A DNA stretch of 64,000 nt from Azolla caroliniana (GCA_043228905.1 JBHGNT010000016.1:1488001-1552000); one strand, 5' to 3'. Shown: positions 35,565 to 48,517, numbered from the stretch's first letter. Numbers and translations are program-made. Notes: a model not told the origin generated them from the letters alone.

Positions 35565-36738
35565 ACCTTGTCGTTATTTCCGAGGGTGTCCCTATTCCAC
35601 TCATGATTCTTCCGAACAGTCAAAATTTGGACGGAATGACGGCCGTCCGGACTTTTTACCCTCGCATAGGTTGAACCATTGTCCAGCACTTTCGTATCCA
35701 TTCTAGCCATCGTGATGTATGGTTCGCCGAGGATGACCAGGTGGGAGGACGTCTCTTGCACGAAAAAGTGTTGGTTTATATCGACGTCTCCGACGCTCAC
35801 CCAGACGTTCGGGCAAGCCCCGTGTAGTTCTTCTGTGGCTCTTGTACCCGTGCGTATCTTCCACCCGTGTTTGGTGTTGATCGGCCAATTCCCCTTTTTG
35901 TAGAAGTCCATGGACATCAGGTTAATTTCCAACCTGTGGTCGATTAATGCCACCATCGGTTCCTTCACGTCCCCGATACAAACCGGGGTTTCTGTAGTCA
36001 CTCTTGCCCAGTGTGGCCTGGCGTAGTGGCTCTCCGCAAGCTCGTCTTCCGCAGCCATCTCGTCGAGGAGTGTTCGCCCTTACCTCAACCGGCTTCTCGG
36101 GCTCTGGTTCCGTCGTGAGACGCTTTCTCTTCACGAGGTCCACGATGTTGTCGTGGAATTCCCTTCTTGCTATGCCAAGCACTTCCCTAAGCGTGAGTTC
36201 TATGCGATTGTCAGGAACTCACTCCTCTAGAACCTTCTGTAGGTTCGTTGTTTTCTTGATTTCCGAGCTTAAACAGAAGCTGGGAATCCTGCCCTTGGGA
36301 CCCAGTCGACGTGGAATCATGCCTTTTAGGCGCGCTTCGGGTGTCATACCTCCCCGAAAGGCCCGCTCCCCCAGATTTTTGTGCTCGCCTTTCATCGATC
36401 AGGGCGTCGTAGTTCCTGCACGCGGCCTCCACAAATCCGGTGCTCTCCTCAACGAGGTCACTCTAGCCGGAAACTTCACGCACACGCTCCTCCCTCCGGT
36501 CAAGGTCTCGAGAATAACCGGCCAGAACCCAGGTTTTGAATCGAGTTTGGCCGCCTTTTCGCCTACGCGGATGCCGGCCGAAGCCGAATACTGGACGGCT
36601 TCGACGTGTCGTGTCGCGGCCTCTTCATGCCACCTCGTCCGAAATTCGCGTCAAGCAACCTTCGTGTATCGCTCGCATGTATCCTGCCATTCGAAAGATA
36701 AACTACATTACTTCTGAGCGCTTCATCGAGGTCAGCGT

Positions 36739-37372
36739 TATCGTGACGATTTTCGGCTACGGTGTGAAACCAAGTGAGACGAATAAACCAAGGATGTGCA
36801 ACATTGCACATACACCTAGCTAAGGCCTAGTGGCACTTGAGTTCATACAGAGGGGTGCAAGCAAGGTTTGAACCTTGCACCTCTAAGATACAAGATAATT
36901 GCCTTACCACTAGGACAACTATCATATAGTGTAAATTTTATGTATTTCCTTTTCATATACAAATTATAGACGAAACAACCATAGAAAACCATATGCACAA
37001 AACCATGGTTCTAAACCCATGGTTTGTGCATGACATAAGCAAAACCGTGTCCACAAAACCATGGTTTTAGCCCATGGTTTTGTGCATGTCACAAGCATGG
37101 AAAGACCTATAAAAGCCTCTACTTGAGCTTGTGTAAGGGGGACTCAATATGTGATATCACCAACACCATTATCATCAATATAATTATATTTGTCTTTATC
37201 TTCTTCATATTTTCTACTTCTCAAGTGTACAATCTTTCTTCTTCTCAAGTAAACCAATTTCACCTAATCTTACATTGATCGTCATCTCTTCGATAATTCT
37301 ACAAACATCCTCCCCAGTCCAAGACCCCGGTGGTCGCTCGAGTAGCACACGCACGTGCGAATCTTCGCAACA
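36739..37372 (+). mobile_element. Gypsy-lineage solo LTR (634 bp)
   Basis: TATCGTG (mutated TGTCGTG)...CAACA; flanks GCGT/GCAC; removal plus one 4-bp copy restores gag R-D-C-A-D-L; 3' end AGTCCAAGACCCC shared with other Gypsy LTRs; CTATAAAAG. Confidence 0.8.
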
Positions 37373-37467
37373 GCACAATCTCTCTGGGCATGCCCGGTGA
37401 CGTCGCACCATATGCACCTCTAATTGGCCGTCGGTCGTCGGTCGCGCAGCTGACCCTCATCGCTTCG

Positions 37468-38168
37468 TGTTGGGAGACAGGTCCCTCCGAATGGGAAGTG
37501 AGGAGAACAATGCTGATGAGCAAACTCGGTCGAGGCCGAAACCGGATGTGGAGTACCCAGCTACAGAAGACCCGGTGAGAACCGGACGAGGAGTACCCAG
37601 CTACGGAAGACCCGGTGAGAACCGGACGAGGAGTACCCAGCTACAGAAGACCCAGTGAGAACCGGATGAGGAGTAACCGGCAAGAGCCGGATGGTGAAGG
37701 CCCGGTGAGAAGTGCTCACCGGATGAAGGGACATATTCGCAAATATGTTTTCTGAGGGTCCATCGGGGCTATATTTGTAAATAGCCAAAAAGTCATATTA
37801 GTATAAATATGACTTAGGGCAAGTGTAATGGGGTTGTCATTTCTTGTTGGTGCAAGATTTGAGAGCGTAACAGCGTACAGAGAGAGATAGAGAGGAAGAG
37901 GTCGTTGCCTCTATTGTAACCGCCGCCTGAGGCGAAGATAGAAAGCTCGAGGTTGTTGCCTCGGTGCTTTACTGTTGTATATTGTAACATAGTGATAGTT
38001 TGCAGCCTGTGGGCTACCGTGGTTTTTCCCCTAGTTTGGGTTTTCCACGTAAACATCTTGTGTACTCTTCTCTCCATTGTGTCGTGCATTCATTCCCGTT
38101 TTCTGTGTGTGATTCTAAGCCTCGGTTGTGGCCGAGCGTAGTTCATCGGGAACGTGTAGTTCTTGTCA
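37468..38168 (+). mobile_element. Copia solo LTR (701 bp)
   Basis: TGTTGGG...TGTCA; perfect TSD CTTCG; homologous to 6809-7589. Confidence 0.95.
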
Positions 38169-39832
38169 CTTCGTCAGGCCTGGGCGATCTGGAGGTCGCG
38201 CACCATCCTTGTTAGCTCTTCAAGTTCTACGCCGCCTGCAGCTCCCGCGACTACGTTTGTCGGGGGTGGGCCTAGCTCGAGCCACCTCCTCGTTTCTTCC
38301 ATTTGGATCGGCGTCGGCTCAGCTCTGGTTTCGACAGTTGGTCCAGCCGGCGAGGACCCCTTTTCTTTCCAATCTCGGCGTTTGTCAATCCTGTTGCATA
38401 CTTCTTTGACGGTCACCCAGTCAGTCGTGAGACCGTAGTTGGTTTCAAGAAGAAGACCCATGCTTTTTCCCGAATGCGCGAGTTGAACGACATAATGAAA
38501 AATAGGACTTTGCTCGTTTCGAGCATGGTTTGGTCCAATCTAGAGAGTCGCGCAAATCGTGACTCGAACTCTTGGAGGAGCGCCGAAGCGTTATGACCCT
38601 TGTCGGGGCTATTGACCCAATCCATAAAGTCCTTTTTCGATAGCCAGAGCGAGTCTTCGTAGTTGTACCTTTTGAGAACTTCCTCTCCGAATTCCACCCA
38701 ATCGCGACAGCCTGCTTGTATTTCAGCCATCTCAATATGGATGTGTGGTGTCACGACCCGGGGAAACCTTGTCAGCCGTCTATCCTCGCATATATTCCTC
38801 ATCTACATTTCAGATTTGTAGGCCTCTAAGTAACTCGTGGCGTCTTTTCCACTGAACCGGCCTATCTTGTTGATTGTTGCTTCTATGGCCCTGTCAAGGG
38901 CACTCGCGCCCTCGCGAGCGCTAACCAAGCGGTCTACCGCCACCGCCATTGCTTTTGCAAGTTCGCTCCCTCTCATTTTCAGGTTCCTTTGCCGCCCCTC
39001 CTCATGTCGGGTTCACCAAATATGTCGAGAAATTCCTCGCGGATGCATAGAAGTTGTTCAGGACCCCGGGGGTCTTGAACCAAGGAATCAAGAAGTGAGG
39101 AGGCAAAGTCTGTGGTTTACGTAAGCCCTGAGACCGCGGTTAAACAGAGAAGGTTAGCAAAACGAGAGAGAGTGTGTAAGAGGATCGTGTGTAGACACAG
39201 GCGCAGACAGAGATGCTGAGAACAACTTGCGTTAGGTAGATAAGTTTCTATTAATCAAAACATGCGCATAGCACTGTGGGTGATTACAACCGGATCAGTG
39301 CCGGTGATAGAGCGTAGAGCTCTACAGTAGTTAGATACAAAGATACGTAGGCACGCAGAAGGTCGATCCCCTAGTCGGGAGCTCTCGAGCATCTGACACG
39401 AGCAGGAGGAAGCGCCTTCCAGTGATCCGCCGTAGGACTCCTCCTCTCCCCTCCTCTTTGTTCTTTTTTCTCTCTCTATTTCCTTTCTCCTCTCTCAAAA
39501 ATCACCTTTCTTTTCCCTTCCTTTTTGTTCCTTTTTCCCATTTTCTACAGTCAAAGGTCGCTCCTTTTATAGCACAAGGAGCAACTGTTACAAAGCATTC
39601 ATGACTTGTTGCCTTCCCTTCCTAGATTCTCCCCCCTAATTCACTCTCCTCATAACTCTCCCTACTTACGCGATGTCTGAATCCCTATTAGTGCCTTAAC
39701 TACCTAGTACACCTCCTTCTACCTATGCCTAGTACTTACACTATTTACTTCACTAGGGGTGTGCACTCATGCACACTAGTGTTCCTGCACGTTTCACATT
39801 GTTTCCACCTATGGCCCGGAATCTTCACAACA

Positions 39833-41658
39833 ACGTGAAGACGGCATTCCTTCATGGTGACCTTGAAGAGGAGATATATATGCATCAACCGGAAGGATTT
39901 GAGAAGAAAGGGAAGGAGCACCTAATGTGCCGGCTGAAGAAGAGCTTATACGGACTGAAGCAATCTCCCCGGCAATGGTACCAGAAGTTTGACTTCTTCA
40001 TGACCGATCAAGGGTACCACAAGACGCAGGCCGATCACTGTGTATTTGTGAAGAAATTTGATGGAGGAGATTTCCTGATATTGCTCCTATACGTGGACGA
40101 CATGTTGATCATCGGACGAGACCAAGTCAAGATACGGATGTTGAAGAAGGCCCTTAACTGAACCTTCTCAATGAAAGACTTGGGTCCGGCAAGATAGATA
40201 CTAGGGATGCACATCATCCGGGACCGGTCGAAGAAGCAATTGTGGTTGTCACAAGAAAAGTACGTGGCAAAGGTGCTTCAGTGATTTAACATGTCAGAAG
40301 CAAAACCGGTCAGATCGACACTCCCGGCAAACTACAGATTATCAGGTAAGCAAAGCCCGAAGACAAAGGCAGAGAAGGCGGATATGATGAAGATTCCATA
40401 TGCCTCTGCGGACGGGAGCTTGATGTACGCAATGGTGTGTACTCGACCGGATATTGGATACGCAGTCGGAGTGGTGAGTCGGTTCATGAAAAACCCCGAA
40501 AAAGAGCACTGGAATGTGGTAAAATGGATACTCCGATACTTGAAGAGCACTTCGAGTATGTGCCTCCGATTCGGCTCCGGTAAACCCCGCATGGAAGGAT
40601 TTACCGATTCGGATATGTTGGCTAATGTGGACACCATCCGGTCAACTTCCGGATATGTCATGACCTATGCAGGGCGTGCCGTTTCATGGCAGTCGAGGCT
40701 GCAGAAGACGGTTGCGTTGTCAACCACGGAGGCGGAGTACATGGCAGTCGTGGAAGCCGGCAAGGAAATATTATGGATGAAGGACTTCATTGGAGAGCTA
40801 GGGATCCGGCAAGAGGAATATCGGCTCTACTACGACGGTCAAAGTGCCATCCACCTTGCAAAGAACGCAGCATAACATTCTAGAATGAAGCACATAGAAC
40901 GTAGGTACCACTAGATCCGGGAGCAAGTTGAAGATCGAGAGTTCTTGCTAACGAAGATCCACACGGAGGAGAACGGGTCGGATATGTTGACCAAGGTACT
41001 AACACCCGACAAGCTGGACACATGCCGGAAGCAGATCAGACTTACAAGACATCCCATACCGGAGTGAAGGGGGATATTGTTGGGAAAAATCGGTCTCTTC
41101 GGATGGGATCCAATGATGAATAAAGAGAACCCGATGAGATCCGAAAGAGATCCGGAAACCGGATTGGTGGACCCAGTGAGAACCTAAAGAGAAGACAGAT
41201 TTGTAAATATGTCCGGAATAAGCCCATTGAGGCTATATCTGTAAATAGCCCTAAGTTCATATAACTATAAATATGACTTAGGGCAATCACTTTAGTGAGA
41301 GAGCATGAGAGTGTGGTGTTGTTATTGTTGTTGTCATATTGTTGTAATTATTGTATAGAGAGTGACAGAGTGAGAGAGAGAGAAGGAGATACAGAGAAAT
41401 ACTCTGTTGTAACTGCTAGTTGGTGAAGATACAGAGCTCGAGGTCATTGCCTCTGAGTCTCTGATTGTACCCTTTCTCTTCATAGTGATAGTTCGGAGTC
41501 TATGGGCTCCCGTGGTTTTTCCCTATAAGGGTTTTCCACGTAAACATTCTGTGTGTTTTCTTTCGTGTACTCTCCACTTCTCATTTCTGTGTTTGATTCT
41601 TATAGAAGTGTTTTACTACTCGGTTGTGGTCGAGCGATATTCCGCGCGTTTCTCATCA
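39833..41658 (+). mobile_element. Degenerate Copia RT-RH fragment with PPT and 3' LTR 41078-41658
   Basis: VKTAFLHG, YVDDML, multiple stops; GAAGGGGGA PPT; LTR ends TCATCA adjacent to gag of the next element. Confidence 0.9.
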
Positions 41659-42870
41659 CTCGGTTCATGTCACCTTTTGTGACTAAGGCCTTCGAGTCGG
41701 TTGTGGACTCTCTGTCCTTCTGGCGAGCTTCTTCATTCAGCAAGCTCGACTTCACCATCTTTAGGGATAAATGCTACCCTTCCGGTCTGGCGTTGCCCAA
41801 TGTGACAACAAGCGTTTCCCAGCTATCCGGAAGGGATCTCAACAACAATAGCGCCAATACCTCATCGGTAAGAGGTACTTCTAGAGAGGTTGTCTGATTG
41901 ATTAGACCTTGGAAGGCGTTCAGGTGCTCAACCATGCTTGAGCCATCTTGATACCTTAGTCTCACTATATTTCTGAAGACTGAAACTCTGTTTACAACGT
42001 TCTTGTTTTCGAACATGAACCCGATCTTTTTCCATAGGATTTCAACATCTGTCTCTTCATTGAAGTTGTTGTATAGACTCATGTCTATAAAACACCTTAT
42101 GTATGCAGCCACCTTCAAATGCATGACTTCCCAAGTCAATGCATCAATCTTGTCAAGCTTGGTCTTACCGTATTGCACCGGCAACCATAAGTCTTTGCAT
42201 ACGAGCATATCTCGTATCTTCAACTTCCACACTGAGTAGTTGGAGCCGATTAACTTGAACATTCCACCAAATGAGTCTTCCATTTTCTTTCTTTGCTTGA
42301 AGGTTATGAACCTTTGCTCTGATACCAATTTGTTAAATATGGGATCGAGCACAACCGACTATCACTCACAAGTGGAAATGAAAGAACAAAAAATGAATAC
42401 ACAAACAAGAGGACATATGATGTTTACGTGGAAAACCCTAAAAGGGAAAAACCACGAGAGCCCACAGACTCCGAATTGTTACACTATGTATGAGAGGATA
42501 CAAGGAGACTCACAGGCAACAACCTCAAGCTCGTCTTCGTTTAACAGACAGTTACAATAGAGTTACTTCTAACTCTCACACACACACTCACACAGCACAG
42601 TCAACTCTATACAATGATAACTAACTCTGCTACAACTTTAACGACTTTCCCTAACTATATTTATACTTATATACAATATGGGCTATTTACAAATATAGCC
42701 ATAATGGGCACATCTAGGCTATTTACAAATATAGCCCAGTTGGATTCAACCGCCGAATCGGTTATCGATCGGTTATGGGTCAGTCAATTTTTCGGCCTCG
42801 GTCGAGTTACCTATCAACTCCATCTAACTGGGCTCGTGCTCTTCCCATTTGGGGGACCTATTTCCCAACA
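41659..42870 (-). mobile_element. Copia 5' LTR (42331-42870), iMet PBS (42316-42327) and gag (ATG 42283); outermost element at the right edge of the nest
   Basis: TGGTATCAGAGC; gag MEDSFGGMFKL...SWETLVVTL; flanked by AT-rich DNA. Confidence 0.9.
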
Positions 42871-45800
42871 GGTTCTACAAAATGCATCTTAATATATTTA
42901 ACATATATTTTAATAATATTGTATTTGCCGATTTATGTATAAGCCATCTTGTATAGTTCTGTAATAATCTCTCCTAACTAATGGGAAAGTAGCTTCTTTT
43001 TTTAAATATAAATAAATAAAAAATTGTATTTGCATTGCATATGTTATAAACTTATATCCTTGATGTTTAAACATTGCAACAATACAAAAGGATAATATTT
43101 CACACAAAGGCAACAATAAGATTTGCCTCTTAATTCAATAAGAAATCATAAGGTTTACCCTAACATATGTATAACACATTTTGAGACGTAGTAATGTCAC
43201 AAATGTTTTTAGTGAATAGAAAATATCAAAATCTAAATAAACATAGATATTTGAGTAGTGTCAATTCTTCCATCACAAGTAGTCAATGTTTAAAAAGTGT
43301 AGCTATATTAAGTAGTGTTGATTCAATGAAGTTTGCATAATGGTATTTATGTTTCAATATTGAATCATAGCATCGTTGTTGATGTTGTACATAAAGGTGT
43401 ACACAATCCTCACATTTTTTTTACATTTGATTAGATGTTTTTTGCAAAAATCTATTGACACCGGGTGCCTCATAATATTACTACTCTAAGTTTCAAGATC
43501 ACACCAAGCAAAGTCAAGGCAAGTGTGCATTACAAAATTTGCTTACAAAAGTAAGAAGTACAATTTTACAAACATGGACTTCTTAATGAATAATGTAACT
43601 TCAATTACATTTACAATGGCTTCGAGGGCAAGCCGCAAGCTTATCAAGTTATCACAATAGTTAATTGTTTGGTTACTGGTATTTGGATATATTATCATAT
43701 TTACAAGTCATTGTTATGATATGTTTGTTTTTCTATATACATATGATCATATTTGTCTTACATATTTGAATTCCATACACGTTTGAAGATTTAGACAATT
43801 TGCCACATTCTGAGTTGTTACGATGTAATGTCCATGTGGGAAACCCTCCTTCAAAAACACATTGGATATAGAACAATTGCATCAATATATATGCACCTCG
43901 GCTATTCGAAGGCACTAGAAAAAACTATTAGCACTAAGTTTGGAAAACAACAATGCATATTTAGTACAATACTTGTTCAATGCAAACTATTGCAAATAAA
44001 CTATGTTCATATTATTTGTATTGGTGACTTGTATTTATTAATTTCATGTTTGAGTTAGATGCTAGAAAATAGAGTATGGATATTATTATAGACTATAGTC
44101 ATTAGTGTGCTGAACATTTTTAAGATACGGTTTTAGTTCTTCAATATTACTAATAAACTTCTATTCATGAACTCCACACTTCCTAAAACGTCAGCTTTGT
44201 TTTCTATTTTATCTGAAATTTAGAACAATTTGATTTTTCCGAGAGTGCACTTCATTTCTCAATGATATTCGAATGTAAGTGTTATTAGAAAATATATTTC
44301 TTTAAGTATAGCTTAATTTTGGGAAGTCTTACTCCATTTGTATATACTATTATGAATTGTTTGACAAGTAACATAATAGAATTATTGACAGAGGACATTA
44401 GACAAAGAGGCAAGGATTAGGCGAGTTACTAGGGATGTACCACAAGTTGGCAACCTTGGCAAAGATATATGTTGCCAAAGTAGGTTTAACTCCATGCAAT
44501 ACTCACTAATTTGATAACATTATCTTGCTAACATAATGGTATTGATCCTCGTGTTGTAGAAACATGTGAATGCCAAGTTCTAACATCAAGCTCAAATTAG
44601 GAAGAGTTTCTAAAACATGAAACACATCATACAAATCTTGAACCAACAACATTAGTGTGGAGAAAAAACATGATTTACCAATGACCATGGAATCAACGTG
44701 TTGCATCTTTCAAGTTGAATAAGATACAAATTAATTGACAACCTCTCATCTATGATCTATAAGACAACGTTTTTATGTTTTCGAGTTTAGGTAATAATGT
44801 TTGTGAATCCTTTCAAAATATATTAAGGTAAAGCAAACCTTGATGCCAATGCAAACTTTGTGCTTTAACCATCTCAAATTTGTTGTGTCCTTGGTATTTG
44901 TATTTACTATCCAATGGGAGCTATAGCTTTTAGGAGTCGTGGCATTTTGAACCAACAAGCATGCAAAGGAAGACAAAACAATGTGATTATGCTCAATTTT
45001 ATCAATGTTAATGATTAAACTAATTTCAAGGGGCATTTAGTCTTGAAATCGTGTTTTTCTCAAGTGTTGATGAGAGAGCCAGAAGTTTGCAATTTGTAAA
45101 AAGTCTACATATGACATGCTACATTTTGGGAGCACTTTGATAGGAAGGATGTATACAATGTACATGTATAATTGATACAAAACTCAAGGACTTTTTTGGC
45201 AATGTTGCTAGCGATATAATGGTGGCGCGTGACAAAAAGTTGTAATCATGATTCAGTTTCAACACTAATATGGAATCTAGTTATTTATTTCATACTATTA
45301 TTTTGGGGATTTATTCAATTGTTGTTATTATGTGGTGACAAACGCGGATTGAACCTTGAGTACAAACCAATTAAGGGCAATTAAACTCCTACAAAAGGAG
45401 CACAAGTTAAAGTACCGAAATTCTAGAAAATGACTTGTAGGAAAATCATTGAACTCCTCCAATCATACCAACCTTCGTGGGGTTTTAATCATTTATCATC
45501 ATTATTTTATAATGGACAAATAAAACAAGATGGGTTGCAATCATACGTGGGTCACAACTGTTTTCAAGTCTAAGAGGGGAAATACTAACCATGTGGGTAT
45601 AAATTAAACACGACATGTTTTATACATGAAGAGTGAATAAAGTCGGTGTTATACGACACATTTCTTGATTTGTCAGATGTTTAGGACATCATGAACTAGG
45701 AATCGTAAGTGGAGGCGGTGTTGCGAGGGATAATGCTCTCAATGTGGTTTTCAATAGAAATTTCTCGCTATTGAAAAAAAATTACATACTAAGGAATTTT

Positions 45801-46193
45801 GTTTTTCTTGTATGAAATATTCTTATAAAGTTTATAGGATGTACCCCAAATGTTTATAAGATTTCTACAAAAGGTGTATATTCCCCATACATCTAATATA
45901 AGTGCAATATTTCTTACAATTATCCTACTCCATGCACGCTTTTTTCCTACTCCATTGAAGCAAAGTTCGTATGGAATATGAATACTATATAATGCACAAA
46001 CCCATATGTATATCTATATTTATTTTTAATATTCTTGTGTAACTTAACATTGAAAATGTTTAAGGCATAAAGTATCACATCCCATTTTAGCTTGTAGTGT
46101 CTTGTTTCAAATTTCAATATCAAAACGTCCCAATTATGCACTTTTTTACATGACATTGTTTTAAAACTCCATAAGTTCACTAGAGAAGTCAAT

Positions 46194-46503
46194 GTAGGTT
46201 CACATCCCATGTATAGACTTTATGTCACGTCTAAGATCATTCGATAAATCAAACTAGGTTCGTGACCTATGTATAGATTTCATAGGACGTCTTTTCACGA
46301 GAAATAGAGTAGCCCTTGCTTTAGAAAATGTGATGGCCGGAATCAAGGTAGGTTCACAACCCACGTGTAGACTTCATGCCATGTCTAAGATCATTCAATA
46401 AATCAAGGTGGGTTTTGTGACCCATGTATAGACTTCATAGCATGTCTTGCATTAAAAATAGAGTAGCCCTTGGTTCAGTAAAACAATGTGATGGCCGGAA
46501 TCA
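46194..46503. repeat. Diverged 154-bp tandem duplication
   Basis: GTAGGTTCACA...TGTGATGGCCGGAATCA at 46194 and 46348. Confidence 0.85.
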
Positions 46504-47429
46504 TGCTCCTAGTTATAATTGCCATACCCCTAAACCTTGTATTAGTAAATGTGTTCTTGAGACAACTTGCATGATCTGTTCAATGATTATGATTTAGTTT
46601 AGTGAAATATTTTAATTACAATATGCTTGAAATGGAGTCATTCTTTAATGTCTTCACATGCCCAAGTCACTAGAAACAAAAATGGTTGAGAAGCTACATA
46701 GAGAAGGGCTATTAATATTTGACAAAGGTATCGTGACAACCACTAACTTGTGTGTGTGATGGAGGGTAGACACACGAACGCCAAAGCAAAGGGCCAAATC
46801 CTGGAGATAAAAACAAATGCCCAAGGGCGAATCAAATTCCCATGATCCCATCGCAAACATACAATAACGTTGTCTTCACTACTTCTTGCATTATAACTAA
46901 TAATATGTATTGGAAAGCCTTTTTATGTTGAATAAAGTATACAAAAACAGTTTGCCTAAACTCGAACCAAATACCTATTTCTTAAGAGTCGTTGAGAATG
47001 TGTATTGGAAATTCTAAATAATGTGTATTAAAAAATTTGTATTGAAAATATGATATAAATACCATACGAGGATTATCATAAATGAAGTACATACTATAAG
47101 TGAAATTGTGTGTGTTGAACTAAATTATGTTATGATCCCTCCCTATCTACACTCTCTATCCATGTTTTTTAAAATCTTATATTAAAAATATAATGAAGTG
47201 TTTACGGTTAGAAAGACTCTTCTCAATTATAATGATTACGCGACATCGTGTTTGTTAGAAAGCGTGTGGCCAAATGATCTTAGGATTAATGCTACTCCAT
47301 AATTGCAAAACATGGCCCCCTTAATAATATATTGCATATGCAAGGTTTTTCCAATGTGCATTATAATGAATTGGACATGCAATTTAATACATTGGATGCA
47401 ATTTTGTCTCATTGTCACATCGACCACCT

Positions 47430-47473
47430 TTGACTTTAAAATCTATTGATGTACTTTCATGACATTATATATA
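47430..47473 (+). promoter_or_regulatory. Putative PR-1 core promoter: W-box TTGACT (47430-47435) and TATATATA (47466-47473)
   Basis: Motif match and position ~125-165 bp upstream of the ATG. Confidence 0.5.
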
Positions 47474-47595
47474 GATCCATACTATCCACAAAGACAAACA
47501 AACACACATAAAATACATACACATAACACAGGTAATCAGATACACTTGGTAGCATCCACTTAAAGTTTTGGTTGGATACTTAACAACCACTTAGT

Positions 47596-48138
47596 ATGAT
47601 GACAAACCAAATGTTGCAACATAACTTAATTAAGTATGCACTTCTCATTCTGCCATTAGTGTTGATTAATTGTTCTATCAATAGTATAGCTCAAACACAG
47701 AGAGACAAGTTTCTAAGCGCACATAATGCAGAGAGGCGAAGATTGGGCATTCCGTCGCTAGTATGGGATAACACATTGGCAACGTTCGCCGCCAAGTATG
47801 CAGCAAACCAAGATAGGGTTGGAGCCGGTTGCTCTGGTAACCTACGCCATTCCAACGGGCCCTACGGTGAGAACCTCTATTGGTATTGGACTACCACAAG
47901 AGCCTTAGCAACACCTAGTCAAGCTCTCGCATCATGGATATCTGAGAAGAAATACTACAACTACAGGACAAACACTTGTGCTAGGGGGAAAGAATGCGGC
48001 CACTACACCCAAGTGGTGTGGGCCAAGACACGTCGAGTTGGATGTGTCGCCCGTGCTTGTGCCTCCAACCGTGGTGCAACATATGTCATTTGCAACTACA
48101 ACCCCCCTGGCAATTACATTGGCCAAAGACCCTACTAA
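47596..48138 (+). CDS. PR1: Pathogenesis-related protein 1 (CAP/SCP family), secreted and basic, 180 aa
   Basis: Hydrophobic signal peptide; FLSAHN, YGENL, CGHYTQVVW, CNYNPPGN motifs; intronless. Confidence 0.97.
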   Translation: MMTNQMLQHNLIKYALLILPLVLINCSINSIAQTQRDKFLSAHNAERRRLGIPSLVWDNTLATFAAKYAANQDRVGAGCSGNLRHSNGPYGENLYWYWTTTRALATPSQALASWISEKKYYNYRTNTCARGKECGHYTQVVWAKTRRVGCVARACASNRGATYVICNYNPPGNYIGQRPY

Positions 48139-48517
48139 AGATTCATATTGATGTATTATAGATTTTTACATACTATTCTTGCTTTCCCACACTGATAAAT
48201 ATACCCCCCCTCCTAATTCATCATATCCTAAAATCCTCATCAACTTCCATCTAATGTACACCACACCAATTGTACCATTTCGTCAACGTGATGAAATTGC
48301 AATGCTTTCATTGGTGATATTGCTAATGCTTGTAATTTTATGATCTAATTATTTATTTGATCTTTAGAGTACCCAACAAAAGTGAATAACTACATCATTA
48401 ATAGGAAGTTATAGGTTCTATCATTATGAGGTCCCTTGAATGAATGACAATATGCCTAAGACTATTGGAGATCATGCTTAACCCAAGAAAGCCATACAAT
48501 ACTTGTACCCATACAAT

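Larger units (their letters stand above)
32778..39832 (-). mobile_element. Degenerate pol-type Gypsy: 5' LTR 39023-39832, PBS, gag, protease, start of RT; hosts three nested insertions
   Basis: PBS TGGTGAACCCGAC (~39006-39018); gag RFSGKDATSYLEAY; CIWCDVTGHAQRDC|ADL; LIDHRLEINL; TVPH|VPWSLKPI...SAPYSNRWFTVPKK rejoined across insertions. Confidence 0.85.

Noticed and set aside
37513-37543. CTGATGAG...GAAAC hammerhead-like core in a Copia LTR (retrozyme idea)
   Set aside because: Stem II does not close and the homologous LTR (~61710-61745, minus) has TTGATGA.
42910-47430. Short ORFs in AT-rich intergenic DNA, possible old transposase remnants
   Set aside because: No recognisable motifs or consistent splice structure.
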